Part shown: in pieces, positions 63,152 through 64,000 of the stretch
Numbering within the stretch: the first letter of the stretch is position 1
Layout of the letters: every line of letters begins with the position of its first letter
Assembly (NCBI GenBank): GCA_017436245.1
Contig: JAFSDN010000088.1
Coordinates: 10,075-74,074, forward strand
DNA: 64,000 nucleotides
From: Clostridia bacterium
Lineage (GTDB): Bacteria > Bacillota > Clostridia > Monoglobales > Monoglobaceae
Direction of reading: 5' to 3'
Program-made: the position numbers and the translations under genes
Notes under the pieces: generated by a model
What the model saw: the letters and a program-made list of their open reading frames with translations, nothing else
Database searches by the model: none
What the model was told of the DNA's origin: nothing

Positions 63152-64000
63152 ATGAAAGTTAAAAATTATTCGATAGTATATGAAAATCCTTTGCCGCAGC
63201 TCAAAAGCCGTCAGAGTGCATTTCCTTTTGTTTGTGAGCTGAAAAACGGGGAATTGGCTGTGGTTTATTGTATTGGCGAGGCCTTTGAAAGCGTTGACAA
63301 GATAACTTTTATTTCTTTCAGTAAGGATGGCGGTAAAACGTGGAGTGAGCCACAGCAAATGTTTGATTTCAGCAAAGAGGGTATGCCAATCAGCAATTGT
63401 GCCAAGGCAGTGTCATTGCCTGACGGCAGACTGGTTTCTGTGGGATATGCTTTTTACAGAGGGAATCCCGCTTTGCCCCTTGGCAATCCTGAAACCGGCG
63501 GACTTCTGGACGATTTTGTGTTCTGGTCGGTGTCGGAGGATGACGGAAAGACATGGAGCGAGCCCGAAAAGATTGAATGTGCGTGGGGGCCTCATGTTGA
63601 AGCATCGGCGCCGATTACCGTGCTTGCAGACGGAACATGGATTACGCCCATTACGGGATTTCCCGACTGGGAGGGCAAATCGCACGGCAGAATGTGTGGA
63701 AGAGCGCTTCGTTCGGAGGATGAAGGCAAAACATGGAATGATGATTCGGTTTGTATGGAATTTGATGGCGATAATGTTACCTGCTATGAGCAGAGAATGT
63801 GCCAGCTTGAATCGGGTACGATAATTAATATTGGCTGGAATGAAAATGTTGAGACAGGGGAAAGATACGAAAACCATTATACCGCATCATTTGACAACGG
63901 CAGAACATGGACAAAGCCCCAAAGCACGGGTATTGTGGGTCAGGTATCATCGGTTTGTGCCATAGGCGGCGAAAGGCTTCTTGCTTTGCACGCTATCCGT
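63152..64000 (+). CDS. BNR/Asp-box repeat (sialidase-fold) protein, 3' end outside window
   Basis: The frame is open from ATG 63152 to the window end, so it is absent from the supplied ORF track because it has no stop. It has four Asp-box motifs: SKDGGKTW, SEDDGKTW, SEDEGKTW and FDNGRTW. No signal peptide. Confidence 0.8.
   Translation, partial: MKVKNYSIVYENPLPQLKSRQSAFPFVCELKNGELAVVYCIGEAFESVDKITFISFSKDGGKTWSEPQQMFDFSKEGMPISNCAKAVSLPDGRLVSVGYAFYRGNPALPLGNPETGGLLDDFVFWSVSEDDGKTWSEPEKIECAWGPHVEASAPITVLADGTWITPITGFPDWEGKSHGRMCGRALRSEDEGKTWNDDSVCMEFDGDNVTCYEQRMCQLESGTIINIGWNENVETGERYENHYTASFDNGRTWTKPQSTGIVGQVSSVCAIGGERLLALHAIR

Noticed and set aside
63327-63877. ORFs 63327-63824 (+) and 63413-63877 (-) from the ORF track
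   Set aside because: A different plus-strand frame from 63152 carries four Asp-box (BNR) motifs and stays open to the window end. The listed ORFs are Arg/Cys-rich artefacts overlapping it.
1-64000. Search for mobile genetic elements, prophage genes, defence systems, tRNA/rRNA genes and CRISPR arrays
   Set aside because: I recognised no transposase, integrase, phage structural gene, restriction-modification or other defence signature, cloverleaf-like tRNA, rRNA segment or repeat-spacer array. The only repeats are the structured intergenic elements reported above. This rests on reading by eye without tools, so small RNA genes could have been missed.

Overview
The window looks like chromosomal DNA from a Gram-positive anaerobe. 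A Clostridia/Oscillospiraceae-like organism is my guess, based on SLH-domain surface proteins, YesMN/LplABC-type sugar systems and LrgAB; this is inference only.

**Layout**
- 1-7.3 kb: housekeeping genes (DivIVA-like 3' end, lspA, rluD, radC, uvrB, uvrA).
- 7.5-15.1 kb, minus strand: an MsbA-like ABC exporter, then a tightly overlapping cell-envelope operon (murJ, Wzy/O-antigen-ligase-like, GT4, two DUF4330-like genes).
- 15.2-19.5 kb: apbE, a small export protein, a PAP2 phosphatase, lrgAB and a DUF1273/SLOG gene.
- 19.6-24.5 kb: two divergent SLH surface or S-layer-type genes.
- 25.8-57.1 kb: the most interesting part, a polysaccharide-utilisation-type locus. It contains a YesM/YesN-like two-component system, two SLH-anchored secreted proteins, two giant secreted paralogs (about 1355 and 1531 aa) carrying a WbsX/GH99-like TIM-barrel domain, a 565-aa secreted protein that duplicates the C-terminal third of one giant, an LplABC-type ABC importer, and signal-peptide-less enzymes (beta-propeller glycosidase-like, GH38, HAD, a nonsense-disrupted amidohydrolase, M14-like, GH30).
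- 57.2-64.0 kb: sdaA, an Amidase_3 gene, a small secreted protein, a YycH/YycI-like pair, an AraC regulator and a BNR/sialidase-like gene that runs off the window.

**Main observations**
- An unassigned module of about 130-160 aa, ending in a W-x-G...R...V-x-ID-[YF]-[IV]-R signature, recurs at least 8 times across four secreted proteins of the locus.
- The non-coding DNA is unusual. It holds a 188-bp multi-hairpin element in two copies with compensatory stem substitutions, an array of tandem perfect hairpins, a GC-rich multi-stem element and a nested foldback element.
- I recognised no rRNA, tRNA, CRISPR array, transposase or phage genes.
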